DNA of 63,679 nucleotides, the filler included, from Reticulomyxa filosa (lineage: Eukaryota; Protista; Foraminifera), in NCBI GenBank assembly GCA_000512085.1. It is 20 parts of 20 records of this genome, joined end to end, with 100 filler letters (N's around TTAATTAATTAA, not from the genome) between each part and the next. Parts side by side here need not be neighbours in the genome. Positions count along the whole stretch, not along the records: positions 10,878 to 13,440 come from ASPP01025991.1; positions 13,541 to 23,911 come from ASPP01001798.1; 18 more parts are not named here. The stretch is one strand, 5' to 3'. The notes beneath the pieces were generated by a model. That model ran no database searches. It had not been told where the DNA came from and saw only the letters and a program-made list of their open reading frames with translations. Numbering within the stretch: the first letter of the stretch is position 1; every line of letters starts with the position of its first letter. The translations under genes and the position numbers were made by a program. This document shows positions 10,778 to 24,011 of the stretch, piece by piece.

Positions 10778-11294
10778 NNNNNNNNNNNNNNNNNNNNNNN
10801 NNNNNNNNNNNNNNNNNNNNNTTAATTAATTAANNNNNNNNNNNNNNNNNNNNNNNNNNNNNNNNNNNNNNNNNNNNCTGCAGAGTTTAAAAAGAGGAAA
10901 GAAAGGAAAAAAGTAGAAGTCATAGAAGAATTAGAAAAAAAAAGTACATTTATCCTATTATGAATTTTCTTTTGTTTGAAAAAGGACTGTTGCAAATCAG
11001 TTGTATTCAGAGAAATGATAATAAACGCTCTTCACTTTTTTGGATTTAAAAGTAGAAAGGGACACTTCACTAATTAGTTTTTTTTTGCTTCATCAACAAA
11101 TAATATTCTCTAGAATTCAGTTAAGGTTTTTTCAAGTAAAAAAGAAAATCTATTGAAAATAATTTAAATTTGATTCTTTACACAAATTCTATTCTGTTTT
11201 CATAATTAAGGGGAAAAAACTATTTGTAAACAAAAACCAACTCCAGTTTATTTAAAAAAAACTAGATTGAAAAAGGAACTATACAAGAGAAAAA

Positions 11295-12992
11295 ATGAAT
11301 GACAACTTAATCTTAGGAGCAAAAGAAAAAGAGCGATCAACAGTTAAACCATTAACAACATTCTTACTTAATGACTGTTATAACAAAGAATTGCTTTATG
11401 ATGGACCAGAAATAGAAAAGAGTTTAGAATGCTTACTTTGTGGACAAATTGCAGGTAATGCTATGGAATTAACATGTAATTTTCATGTAAAGCAAGAAAA
11501 TCCGTTAATTATTGGAGAAAATTGTTTAATTAGATATTTGGAAAGTAATAATAATAGATGTCCTAAAGATAATCATATTAATTGTGATTACACTATAGCA
11601 AAACTGGCACGAACATTAATTAATAATTTAACAATTGGGTGCCCTGGAAAATCCATAATTCAATTAAATCAAATGGCAAATAATGCAAATGTTTCCAGTA
11701 TATGTTGTGGATTTAAAGGAAAAATTAGTGCAATAAAAAAACATTTGGAAGAATCATGTACGTTTAAATTAATAGATTGTGAATTTAAGAAATATGGATG
11801 CGTGGATATTGTTACCAGGTTTAATTACAAAGAACATTACAAATTAGAAATAGACAAGCATTTAGAATTAATGAAAAACTATATTGTTAAATTGGAAACT
11901 AAAGAAGGGCCTTTGGATGAAAAAAAATGTGCAAATGATCAAAAAGGTAATTGTACTTTTTTTAACTTCAAATTGTCAAAAAGTTTCATTGGGTCTGGAG
12001 ATTCTGTGACTAGTATTGACTATGCAATAACCAACGACTATCAATTACTTTGCTCTGGATCAGAAGATAATACAGTTTATATATGGAATATAGACACTAA
12101 AGAAAAAATTGGAAAATTACATGGACATTCAAATATTGTAAGTTGTGTGAAATTTTCACCTTATCATCGTTTTGCGGATCGTCGTACTGTCATTTGTTCT
12201 GCATCATTGGACAAAACCATTTGTTTTTGGGATATCAACGATAACAAAGTAATTACAAAATTGAATGGACCTAAAGGTGTTACAAGTATTACATTTTCAC
12301 CATTTAGTAGTGGTGAATATTTATGTTTTGGATCATGTGACAAAACAGTTTGTTTATATGATATTAAAAGAAATAAAACAATTGTTTTCAATGGACATAC
12401 AGATAGTGTATTGTGTGTGGATTTTTCACCATTGAAAAATTATACCAGTGCTGAAACGATTGGTGGTGATTCATATAAAATTTGCTCTGGTTCAAAAGAC
12501 AATACAATTTATATATGGGATATTAAATCTTTAAAATATGTTAATATTTTCAAAGGACATGAATATCCAATTCTCAGCGTAAAATATGTATCACCTGAAT
12601 TAGGACTTAGTAATGGTGCAAATATAATTTTGTCTGGGTCAATTGATCAAAGTGTTCGTTTATGGGATGTTAGATCTGCTAAACAAATTAACGTATTTGA
12701 TGATCACACAAATATTGTAACCTGTGTTGAATATTTACCAATTGGTAATGGACAAATAATATGCTTTGGATCATTAGACAATACAGTTCGTTTTTGGGAT
12801 GTTCGATTGAATAAACAATTCGATATACTCAAAGGCAACAAAGGAGATGCTGGGTTATTTTGTATTAAATATTTACTATTGAAAAAAGGGAATAGTACCA
12901 ATCAAAATACAAATGATAATAAATATGTTGACTATTTATGTTATGGAGCAAATCATGGTAATATTTGTGTTTGGAGTTTTGATAAAAAATGA
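11295..12992 (+). CDS. Intronless RING-like/TRAF-type zinc finger plus WD40 repeat protein
   Basis: 565-aa ORF. The N-terminus is Cys/His-rich (CLLC...C..H...C...CP; C.FKGK....KKHLEESC...CEFKKYGC). It is followed by about 7 WD repeats (GHSNIVSCVKFS...DKTICFWD; GHEYPILSV...DQSVRLWD). Confidence 0.92.
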   Translation: MNDNLILGAKEKERSTVKPLTTFLLNDCYNKELLYDGPEIEKSLECLLCGQIAGNAMELTCNFHVKQENPLIIGENCLIRYLESNNNRCPKDNHINCDYTIAKLARTLINNLTIGCPGKSIIQLNQMANNANVSSICCGFKGKISAIKKHLEESCTFKLIDCEFKKYGCVDIVTRFNYKEHYKLEIDKHLELMKNYIVKLETKEGPLDEKKCANDQKGNCTFFNFKLSKSFIGSGDSVTSIDYAITNDYQLLCSGSEDNTVYIWNIDTKEKIGKLHGHSNIVSCVKFSPYHRFADRRTVICSASLDKTICFWDINDNKVITKLNGPKGVTSITFSPFSSGEYLCFGSCDKTVCLYDIKRNKTIVFNGHTDSVLCVDFSPLKNYTSAETIGGDSYKICSGSKDNTIYIWDIKSLKYVNIFKGHEYPILSVKYVSPELGLSNGANIILSGSIDQSVRLWDVRSAKQINVFDDHTNIVTCVEYLPIGNGQIICFGSLDNTVRFWDVRLNKQFDILKGNKGDAGLFCIKYLLLKKGNSTNQNTNDNKYVDYLCYGANHGNICVWSFDKK

Positions 12993-13540
12993 AAGTGTTT
13001 TTAAAACAATTTTCATTTGTTTGAAGTTATTTTTTTTGTTTATACAATTCAACCCAAATTTCAAATCTTGTTATTTTCTGAAATTGATGAGATAGCCACA
13101 TTTCTAAAATGATATTGAAGATTTTTGCAAAGTAAATATGACATAAGAAATTACACATGTTTATAAATAGCTTTTGCAAAGAATTAAAAGTAATTGATTT
13201 TAGAAATGCAATTAATGTTTCATTTTTGAACAAATATAATAAATAATAATTTCTTTTTTTCAGTGCATTATCAATTGTCTCCAATAAAAGTATGCTAACG
13301 TTAAATGTTTGAAGTTGACTGGGAAAGCTTTTTTTTTGTCAGATTCAAGTTTAACATGATCTTATTCAACTTATATTGTCAAAGACAAATTTTTGATACT
13401 TCTCAAAGATGTTGTTTTGATTTTACTTTGAAAGATCGAGNNNNNNNNNNNNNNNNNNNNNNNNNNNNNNNNNNNNNNNNNNNNTTAATTAATTAANNNN
13501 NNNNNNNNNNNNNNNNNNNNNNNNNNNNNNNNNNNNNNNN

Positions 13541-14912
13541 AAATACAAATACAAATGAAAGTAATAACGAAAATGAAAATGAATATGACGAAGCTGCGAA
13601 AGCAATGCTCGAAGTGGCAATTGGAGAAAGTGTAACCGAAGGACATATAGAAAAGCTGAAAACGCTGACCGAATCACTGGGGGAAAAGACAATCCAAAGT
13701 GTGTGGACAACGGGTGAAATGTTTTGCCATTGCGTCCGCAAAAAAGCGTCGATGGCATGTAAGTATCTATTCGAGCACTATTATCTGAGTCAATACCCTG
13801 CTCTGTCCGAAGCCAAGAAAATCGAACTTTCTACTCTCGTTCGTCCACCCCCTTATCGTGATCTGTCCGTCGACACTTTTTACATTTTTGTGTTGTTCCA
13901 CGATGTCGAAGCTTTCATTACTGTTACACTATACACATACACATACACATACATATATATATATACACATATTGCATTCGATAAACAATAAATAAAATCA
14001 AATACATTTGAATATGACAAAAGGAAAACATGCAAAGCAAGACGAGGTCGAAACTGAAAAAATGGACATAGCTGATGTGAGTGAAACAATCGACAAAGAT
14101 TATCGGGGCTTTATTACGATCTTTGTCACGACATAACCATCTCTTTGCGAGTGATAATAGCGACGACGACAATAAGAAACAATTGCTTCATTTGTTTTAC
14201 TGGGTGTTCCACGAGCTTGTCCGCCTGTCTCTCACTTTCAAACTCCCGTGCTTTTGTTCTTGGATTGACCTCCTTATTCACAATTGCATTGAGTCCTTGG
14301 TATTATATACATAAATATATATATATATATATATGTATATATATTTGCAATGATTTGATGTTTAACAATTTTGCTTGCAAAATTGTATATACATGAAGAA
14401 AATTGATTTGAACAAAGATGTGCCTTTGTCGTCACCCCTGCTATGGAAAATGGTAATGAAAGAAGCACAACCACTGGTGACAACGTCAGAAGACAGTAAA
14501 CAAGAGGAGGAGAAATGCTGGCAATATATCATCGATGTGGTAAAAAAACTGATCGAAAAGCCGAGCGTGTTGCCTGTGGCCTCATTATCCCGTCTTCAGG
14601 TGCATCTCTGGCTCGAGCTAGTCTTTCCTGTTCTCGACTGGCCGGGACCATTTCACAGTCATCCCTCGCAATCCGTCAACGAACTGCTCCCTCTTCTCTT
14701 TCACGATCCTTTGCCCATCTTAGACCAATTCCAAGCGGCAAACGATATGAGCAGCTGTTTGCTCTGTCTCGCTATCAAACATAACTGTCTTCACATTGTT
14801 CAATATCTTTGTGAGCAACTTAGACTTACTTCATCTCTCCCAAGGTTTTTATTTTGTTTTGCTATATTTATTTTTATTGTCATTACTGTTAGTCATTTTA
14901 CATATTACATAT

Positions 14913-14944
<32 letters not shown>

Positions 14945-17171
14945 GTGTATATATGTACATATATCATTATATGTATATAATATTGAATTCTTTCGAAGGT
15001 ATGCACTGGGTGGGTCAAACAACAAAGATGCTGGTGCTCATTTATGGCAAAAACGGGGTGCCAATATCACGGTCGCTCAACAAATGGAGCTATTTAAGCT
15101 TGTATTTGTATACGTCGACGTATTTGATCGGTCGGAAGAAGCAAGCGACTTGGACAAAGTGTGGAGCCAAGACATGATGTCCACCCTCCTTCAACTCAGC
15201 CAAGATCAAGATCAGGTGCTTGCTTCAAAGGTCTCCTTTGTCAAAGACATCTTGTACTTGGGTGTGCTGAGGAAATACATGGAGAAAAATGACAATGAAC
15301 ATTGCCTCGGCTCCAGATGGGAATGGGCCGTGTCCAAACTGCAGCAAATGAAAAGCTGTTTCGTCACAATGGTTTATATTCCGCCGTCTCAGAATTTTTC
15401 CTTCTGTCAATTGCTTACTAAGATCATTGAGTCTGTCATTGATGACTACGTCTCTTTCGAGTGAGTTCATTTATTGAAAGAGGAACAAATAAATAAATAA
15501 ATAAATATATATATATATATATTTATGTATTTATTTATTTATTTATTTGTTTAATTGTGTATAATTAGAATAGAAGAAAATGTAATTCTGACATCGAATA
15601 CTTTGGAAATTGCGCAGTCACTTTTGGCAACGCTTGGCGAAGCTTTATGCGTAGCGAGCGACAATGTCGAATATCCGTGGTGGTGTGACAACGAGAGTGA
15701 AAAGGAAGGAGCGAAGGAAGCCCGCTTTGGCATCCGCTTGCTGTTCACATGGCTGCAGTCGATCATGATGACCTTGGAAGACGTGTCCAATGTGATCTCT
15801 AGCAAGTCGCACAACGACGACGCGATGGTGTTGGAGTGTTGTGTCCGGCAGCACTTGATGTCCGTAGTGAGCCAACACTTGCCTTGGATATTGCAAGACA
15901 AGCCATACGTCGAAAACTTTTGCGAAGCGCAGCAGCTTTTGAATGGCGCAAGTGTGCTCAGTCGTATCCATTTCATCGTCCTCATTTGGCCTCAGCGCAA
16001 CGCCGCCACGGATAGAGATTGTTGTTGTCATTGTCTTAACATTCGAGGTCATTCGCTTACTTATTTAAGTTTTGCTGTTTTCAGTGCTGTTCATAACATT
16101 GTTAAGACTTCCTTTTCTTTTGTATGTTTTCTTTTTATTGTTGGCTTATATCCGTGTAACCATTGTTTTCACTAACTCCATTTTTTTTTTTCAATAATAA
16201 TAATAATAATAATAATAATAAAGAGACAAAGATATGAATACTCGAACGACTTGAAGATATTCACAGTCCAAAAATGGAACCCGGAAGAACAAACATGGAC
16301 GGACATGAACATAAACACGAACAGATTAAAAGATGCAAATCAAGCCATTGTGTCGATCCAGTTGAAATCCAAGAAAGAAAAGTCGATGAGTGAATTACGC
16401 AAGAACGATGACCCATGCAGTTTTCATATCATCTTTGTGTGTGTGTGTGTATGCATGCTTTTTTTTAATATTTATCTATGTAATCTTTTATTTGTTTGTT
16501 TGTTTGTTTGTTTGTTTGTTTGCTGTGCTTTGTATTGAAATAAGAATGGTATGAGAAAATTCACAAACGTGCGCTGTCGAATTTGCGCGAAGGGGATAGC
16601 GTGTATTACATAACGAGCGATTTGGAGTACGTGAAAGGAAACGTGAAAAAGATTGACAAGATGGCAGATGAGCTCACTATACAAGTCGAAAACGACAAAT
16701 CGGCCGACCACTTGCCCTCCAAAACGAGTAACACGACCAAATTTGTACGCGTGTTGAGTGAAAGTGTGATGTCTGTGCTGCCGCAGTCTGTGATCGGATG
16801 CTTCCCGCTCATGTACTTCCTCAATCACAACGATGCAAAAAACGATTCCCGATGGTGCACGTTCGTGGAAAAGACTGTGCGCTTTGAAGACTTGGTGCGC
16901 TTTCGACCCATTGCAAACGCAGAGGTTTGGACTGGGTATTTGCGCATCGATGGTCGCATGTCCGGTGCGAAAATCAAACTCGTGCACGGAGATTTTTCCT
17001 TTCTGTCCGGGTTTCCTAAACACGATAGCGAGATCATATTTTCCCAAGTACCTTTGCAAGCTGCTTCCAAATTGGCAATCAAAATCGGTCCGAAACTGGT
17101 ACGTATACAATTTAAAAAAATAAAATAAAATTGTGCATCCTTTTAAAATATATATGTACATATATACATAA

Positions 17172-17202
<31 letters not shown>

Positions 17203-18929
17203 ACAATGTACCAGGATCAAATGGACGAGAAACATGCTCTTGATCGGTTGGGTTGGATTGAAGTTAGCGTTCAAGAAGAAGTAGTATCCTGTGTCAATCG
17301 CAATCACGAACAACTATTTGAGGCTTGTAAGCCATGCTACTATGACGAAGATACAGAGTTCTATTGGAAGTTGTTTCTTTTTGGAGAGCATCACATAGAA
17401 TGTTAGTTAACGTTGACACATTTTTTTGTTTGTTTGTTTGTTTCGCTTTTTCATACGTATCAACAACCACAATTAAAAAACGTATACAAATGTATGTGTA
17501 ATGTTCAATCCTTAGATTTAGAAAAAGAACTCAAAACAACATTAAAGTTTTTGCTCCCAAAGGCATTCGATAGAAAACGGAGTCACAGCATATGGGGTTT
17601 GATACAGTTTACATCCAAGGCGAAACAACAAGTTTTGTACTGCTCTTATCTCGCTTTGAAGTATACTTCTTTTCGAACTGGCTCTGTCTCACTTTTCTTT
17701 CCTGTCTTGGTTTGTAAAGTCACTATTAATGGATTGGGTGGTCGGACCTGACGAAGATGAAAGAAAGACAGACCGAAAAATGTAGAGATACCCAGAATCG
17801 ATAATGACGAAAAAAATATCGATTTAGAGAACATAGGCTGGGCAGAAACTGATTTTGTGGTGCCAACAACGAACGAACACAATCTTTCCCATGGCATACT
17901 TTGTGCCTTGCGTCATCAACTCGTGGACGAAGAAATTCCTCAATATATACACATTACCAAACGTGAGCAGATTCGAGTTAACGGACTTACAACAAAATTG
18001 CAAATGTATTTACCGAAGCTCAAGGAGGCCAGACAAGATAATGCTGCGGATCCACAACTTTCACATATCATTGATGTGCAAATTAATGGTATTAATGACG
18101 CTCTGAAGGAGCTGACAGACAAATCTGTACTTCACTATTTTCGTGTTAGCAGTCGTAAGCTTTCTCAGTCGCTGTATGACAAGCTCGCTCTCTATTATCA
18201 TCTAACATTATTTTGCAAAGTTTGAAACCATTTATATTTCAATCACAACACTTTATTCCATTCTGTTCTTTGCTTACAAAAAAAAAAAAAAAAAATGAGA
18301 GCAATAACATAAAATGAGCACAGTTATTAATCTATGTTCACTGTTGTATGTACACATGCATTAATCTTACATAGAAATGCAGGCCGATTAAAAACTGGAA
18401 ACGTCCTTGGGAAGTATTTGAAGAAGAGATGTTTCCTCCTGATGTTGAAAAAGTCTCTGGATCAAGTACAAAGACAAATAAATTATTACGTTCTCCTACT
18501 CAGTCATTGGCGAAACATATTCCCTCTCAACAAATAGGTCACAATTTACAGCGATCTCATGAGGATGAGAACGAGAATAAAAATAAAAACAAGGATGATG
18601 AAAACGAGGATAAAAACAAGACTGATGATGAAAATGAGGATAAGGATGAAAATGAGGATAACGATAAGGATAAAGATGAGGATAACGATAAGGATGATCA
18701 AATTAAAAATATGTCAGAAAAAACAAACAACCGAGAGAAAAAAAATGAAAAATCACTGATTCATTCAGAAGCAGAAAATAGACAACTATCTTCGCTTGAA
18801 AACTCAGTTCAAAATTTAAGCGAACGTGAGCAGTTGAATATCATCAAAAAACTAATTTCCAAGATGAGCCCAAGAGAAAAAACTTCATATTTCAACAATT
18901 GTTTCAAGACCGAGAAGTTGATGCTGTAA
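13541..18929 (+). CDS. Large multi-exon protein of unknown function (5'-truncated) with a D/E/N/K-rich C-terminal repeat
   Basis: A chain of GC-richer plus-strand ORFs (13605, 14081, 14375, 14990, 15555, 16583, 17206, 17857, 18429) is separated by AT-microsatellite introns. I recognise no domain. It could be more than one gene. Confidence 0.6.
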
Positions 18930-19396
18930 ACTTAATGAAATCATAAAATGATTCCCATCGCTTGTTTCTGCTTTCCAGCAAATGCAACATATTTCTTAAT
19001 TCACATTTGCAAAGACTGCACATATTTTTGCAATGAAAAAATATAAGAGTTCAAAACATATTAAAAAAAATACTCCTATTTGTGGCTGTTGCATTTGCAA
19101 CCCACAAAATTTTGCTTTCTCTTGAACGAGGGAAAAACAAAAGTAACGTGCTTATGGTTTATTATTGAAATCGATTACTAAATTTTAAAAGAAAGAAATA
19201 ATTGTTTGCTGACATATAGTATAATTGACTTAGTTTTGAAATCGACAAAATAACAACACAAAACTGCACACAGCCAGTTGTTCCGCTTAAGTAATGTGTT
19301 GAAATAATCTTCCAACATAAAAAAGGGACGCCTAACACATTGGCTCTGAATTAAAACATTAACCTACTTTAAGGATGTAGTAAAAATTTAAATTTT

Positions 19397-21157
19397 TTAA
19401 AGATGTTTATGTGGCAATGCTTCAAAAATAATTTTGGGATTGATACATAACACGACAGCGTACGTGCAAATGGGAACCAAAATGGAAAAAATCAACAACT
19501 TTGGACTCCACCAATCAACCCAATCAAGATCAATTCGCTCAACCATACAAGCATTGCGCTGGCGATATTCCTTTATTCATAAGTATTTTAAAAAAATTAA
19601 AAAAGAGTAAAGAAAAGAGAGGAAAAAAAGGCTTATTACTCAACCCAAAACACGCGCAGAAATAAAGCAATTGCGAAAACGATCATAATAACTCCAACAA
19701 CTGGCGCGACGTGCAGTGCTGCTAATGCCACCCCAATCATTGCAATCAAGCCCCCAAACGTGTCCATTTCAAAAAAGTTCGTTCATTTGCCAAGTAAGAA
19801 CGAGGATCAACTGGCATCAGTTTGACATCCTTATGAGTCCATAAAATACGCCAAAAAGTGGACATCACACACAAAACATGTGACATATATATTTGAGAAA
19901 AGGAAGTGGGAGAAGTGAAAACAAAAGCAACCCACATTGACACATATTTTGTCTGTATTTGAAGCAAATACAAAACAAGAGGTGGGATTGAAGAATTCTC
20001 CAATTTTTGGATTGACATTGCGACTTGTTGCAAATTCAACCCTTTCTCCCGCAACAATTTACCGTCGATACAGTCAAAAGGAATGACGCGAGTAGTTAAA
20101 AGGCCTACACATTGATTGATGTACGACTCATTTTTTTTCTCTTGTGTAAACTCGAACAATTTGATTTGTGGCCATGACAATTTGCGTGAGCACTGCTTTT
20201 CAAATTTTTTGGCGATTTTGCGAAATCCTTCTGCGTTTTGCCATCCAAATAACTAACAGTTTCATCATCACACATACACCTTTGTAATATGAAATATTTA
20301 TTTGTGTAGTTTTTTTTTGTTGTTGTTTTTTTTTTTTTTTGATGTACTTCTCCCTTTTTTTTTTTTTTTTAAACTTTTAATTTGGCAAATGTTTTTAAAA
20401 TGAGAATGAGATCGTTGTGTTGAAACGAAGGTAAATGAGAATACACTTTATCACCTAAAAACATCTTAGGCGATTTCCATGCATCCCAATCCACCTCCTC
20501 ATTATCAGCTTCATTTCCATCTTCTTTTTCTTCCATCGACTTTGGTTCATCCTCGCCATCATTGTCATCAGTCTCAATATGTTTGATTTGTTTGGCTTGT
20601 TTGGTCTGTTTGTCCGACTGGTGATTGATCACAGGTTGTAACTTTTTATCAGGCGAACGTGCGTGTGCACGTGCCATGACAGTGCTCTGCAGGTTGAAAG
20701 GCTGCGCGTTTTTGGGCTTGTCATATTTGGGCAGCAGCGACTGATTGGACCGAGATAGCAATTCGATATCGAGTTTGGAAAAGCGAGTATTTTTCAGTTC
20801 ATCATCGTCGCTGTCGTTATTGTCATCATCGTCATCGTCTTCCAAGCCACTGCTACTAAACGACTCTTCGTTGCGATTGTCACTTTTCTTTTGCTTTCGC
20901 TTTTGTTTTTGTTTTTGCTTTTGCTTTTGCTTTCCCAAAGTGCTCGCATCTTGCTTCGTCATCTCCACCATGTCGTCACCACTGCTCTTCATTTTCTTCT
21001 TCTTTTTCTTCTGCTTTTTTTGTCTCGAGCTGCTTTCGTCCTGACTTACATTCGAACTGTCTGTTGTCTTCCCCTTTTTTTTATACGTCTTTGTCTTTTG
21101 AGATGACGATCCTTGGTCTTTTTCTTCTTCGTTATCGTTATCATCGCCGTCATTCTC

Positions 21158-21189
<32 letters not shown>

Positions 21190-21622
21190 CTTCGTTCCAT
21201 TTTCCACCTGATGCTTCCAAATGCGCTCGTCGCGTACTTAACAAGTAGTTGCCTCTTATCTCGTCCGGCATCTGGTCACACACTTGTTGCAAACCTTCCA
21301 CACATCGGTTCCTCACCGCAACAAACCAATCCTCCACTCGTTGTGCGTCCTTGTTTGTTTATATGGTATGTTCCTCATATCCTTTTTTACCAATTTCAAC
21401 ATGTTTCTGCATTTTGGCTTATTTTTTTTTTTTTTTTTTTTGTAAAAAAAAGTTTGAAGAAGAACCTCTTGAAGCTGTGACCAAAAAATTTTGGTGCTCT
21501 TCTGTCGTCGATTCGCCAAGCTCAAACGCACTAATCAGTTTCTTCAAGATCTTGTAATGCATATAGTGGCTCTTCCATTCTTCTATTCCATTTTGCTCTA
21601 AGTACTTTCCAAATTTTACCAT
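19397..21622 (-). CDS. SPX domain plus DUF202 (Vtc1-like transmembrane) protein
   Basis: N-terminus MVKFGKYLEQNGIEEWKSHYMHYKILKKLI (SPX). SPX C-terminal motif NAEGFRKIAKKFEK at about 20195-20240. DUF202 signature DPRSYLANERTFLKWTR at about 19760-19810, followed by three hydrophobic segments. Confidence 0.85.
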
Positions 21623-21975
21623 GCTTTTTGGTCAATTAAAAAAATGATCAAAATTAAATTACTCTGCACGGCCCCTTAGAGAAAAAACTCTTTTTGGTTT
21701 TGTGACTAGCACACTTTTGTCGAACAAAAAAATAATGCTATCTTTTTTTTTCCTTTGTTCTTTCCAATAATTTTATAATTCATTGGTCAAATTAAGGCTT
21801 TATTCTTTTGATTGTAATAGTATGAACAATGACCTGCCACTCAAATTTAAAAAAAATGTTAGTCTCTGGAATGGAAACACTGAAAGAAGATACAAAAGAA
21901 AAGAGCAGGAAAAAATGAACAAGACAAGAAAATATAATCACAAGGGCTGGCATTAATTGCCATATACAGCATCCC

Positions 21976-22549
21976 CTATGAAGGCAAACTTCCACCATCC
22001 GATTCAATTGCGTTGGTGGTAACCGGAGGTGGTGTGTTTTCTTCGTTGTCTTGTCGCGCTGGCAAGGCTTGCGGCGGTGGACCACCTTGTGTTCGAACAG
22101 GTACTGGAGGTGGTCTTAAGACCACTTTGTTGGTGCCACTTGCACTTGGATTTAAATTCGACGATGATTGGGCAGGCTGTAATTCGCTTTGGCTCCTTGT
22201 GGCTGCATAAGAACTGAACGCCGATGGCTGTTTCCTTTTCCAGTACCAATATGTACCTCCGATTAGTGCGATCAGAAAGATAATGAGAATATATGCGGCT
22301 ATGGCTCCACCATAATCTTTCCCTCCACCTGTTCCGAACAAACGTATCATATAGTGTCAATCAGCAGTCTCACTTAAACATGAGACACTGCCTTGTGTTT
22401 GGATTTTTCAAGCAGTCAAGCTCTCTTCGTGTTCAAATGTTTCATACAAATACAAATACAAAAGCAGCCTAACCAAGTGCTCTGTGAAAACAACACGTAT
22501 GAATCACAAATAATATTGCAAGTGAACGAGACAAGAGATTGTCTGACAT
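21976..22549 (-). CDS. Small single-pass membrane protein with a Pro-rich cytoplasmic tail
   Basis: TM segment AIAAYILIIFLIALIGGTYWYW, then KRK, then a PPPVP/PPPQ tail. Upstream exons with a signal-like peptide (ATG 22549) and LDCLKNPNTRQCL are inferred from GT/AG sites. Confidence 0.55.
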
Positions 22550-23132
22550 TGTGCTAGAAGACGACTTTTAAAAAAAGTCCCTCGCTTGCTTCGGACGTAC
22601 ACATCTTCAGCTGCGCTCGTCTTTTCATTTTTGGAGATAATTTGTTACTTTCATTGCGAATAAAATAGATTCCAAGAGATAAATTTTCTCTTTTACTGTT
22701 GTGTGACTGACCTCAACATTATTGGTTTTACTTCTCTCGTAATTATAAGTTTTGAACATTTCAAAAAATGGACCACATGATATGTGACAATCAGTCAAAT
22801 AGTCTTGCCATTAGAACTTTTGGGGCTTATCGCAACAATTTATTGGATGAACGTTTACAGTTTATAAGTTCGAATAAGACCCGGAAAAGCGGCATTGATA
22901 TTTTGTGATGTGAATGGAGAAAAATTTGCCATACAAGTTGGCCACACTTATAAAAAAAGAAAATTGAAAAAATGTTCGGTGAAAAACCACAAACATTTGA
23001 TTGGACCCCATTCTGTATTCACTTTTTTCTTTTTTTTTTTTGCTCCCTTCCCTCATTGGATAAAATTATTGGATGTGAATAATAAAGATCTGTGACAAGC
23101 ACAGACCAATATCAAGAGTAAGTTTAGTATGG

Positions 23133-23826
23133 TCAAGTGGTTAACCTTTGGTGGGTCTGACTATGATGAGTGCAGAATATGGTGTACACAGACAACAAAA
23201 TTCCCAGACTATTTACGGCGATAACCACAAACATCATATACGAGGATCTGTATCAACGAACAAGCAATCCAAACCAATCAGATGTTCAAATCGGAAGAGA
23301 ATAACAATAGCAAATAAATAAACGAAAAAACAAACAAAAAGAAAACATACGCTCCCAATTCTGTATTGACAGAGACAGCCGAGGTTGAGTATTCTTCAAT
23401 ATCAGTGCAACGTTCATTGGCAATCCAATTGAAACCTCCTGCCATCCACATTATTAAAGATATCGCTTGCAAAACCAAATTGCTCAAGCTTTCTATGCAT
23501 TGTTTCACCATTTTTATTTTTATTTCTTCATTTCTTCATTTATTTCATTTATTTATTTTTTTTTAAAGGGGGGGGGGGGTCCATTGTGACAAAACTTTTG
23601 CTAAAAAAGTAAATTGCCAGCAAAGCAAAAAAAATCGAGGAGGACTCCAACAATTCCGGTTCCCAACCACGCACTGCCACACTTTTTCATGTCAGAGCAC
23701 CAAGTCTTGTAGGTGTCCTCAAAGTTTTCTTTGCAAGCGGTGTCGGTATATTCCGTTGTTGTTGTGTATTCATAGCCTTTTGTGTATTTCGATGTCGTTG
23801 TAAATGCTTGCCAGCCACATGTCTAC
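23133..23826 (-). CDS. Claudin/PMP22-like tetraspan membrane protein, 5'-truncated, 3 exons
   Basis: CGWQ...C...WC extracellular loop followed by three hydrophobic helices (AWLGTGIVGVLLDFFCFAG; LVLQAISLIMWMAGGFNW; LGASSYMMFVVIAVNSLGILLSV). The phase of the last intron is consistent, with a stop at 23133. Confidence 0.55.
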
Positions 23827-23880
23827 ACGTGCAAGTGCATCCAACATTTTTTTAAAAAAATTTATTTGTAATCCCTCATT

Positions 23881-23911
<31 letters not shown>

Positions 23912-24011
23912 NNNNNNNNNNNNNNNNNNNNNNNNNNNNNNNNNNNNNNNNNNNNTTAATTAATTAANNNNNNNNNNNNNNNNNNNNNNNNNNNNNNNNN
24001 NNNNNNNNNNN

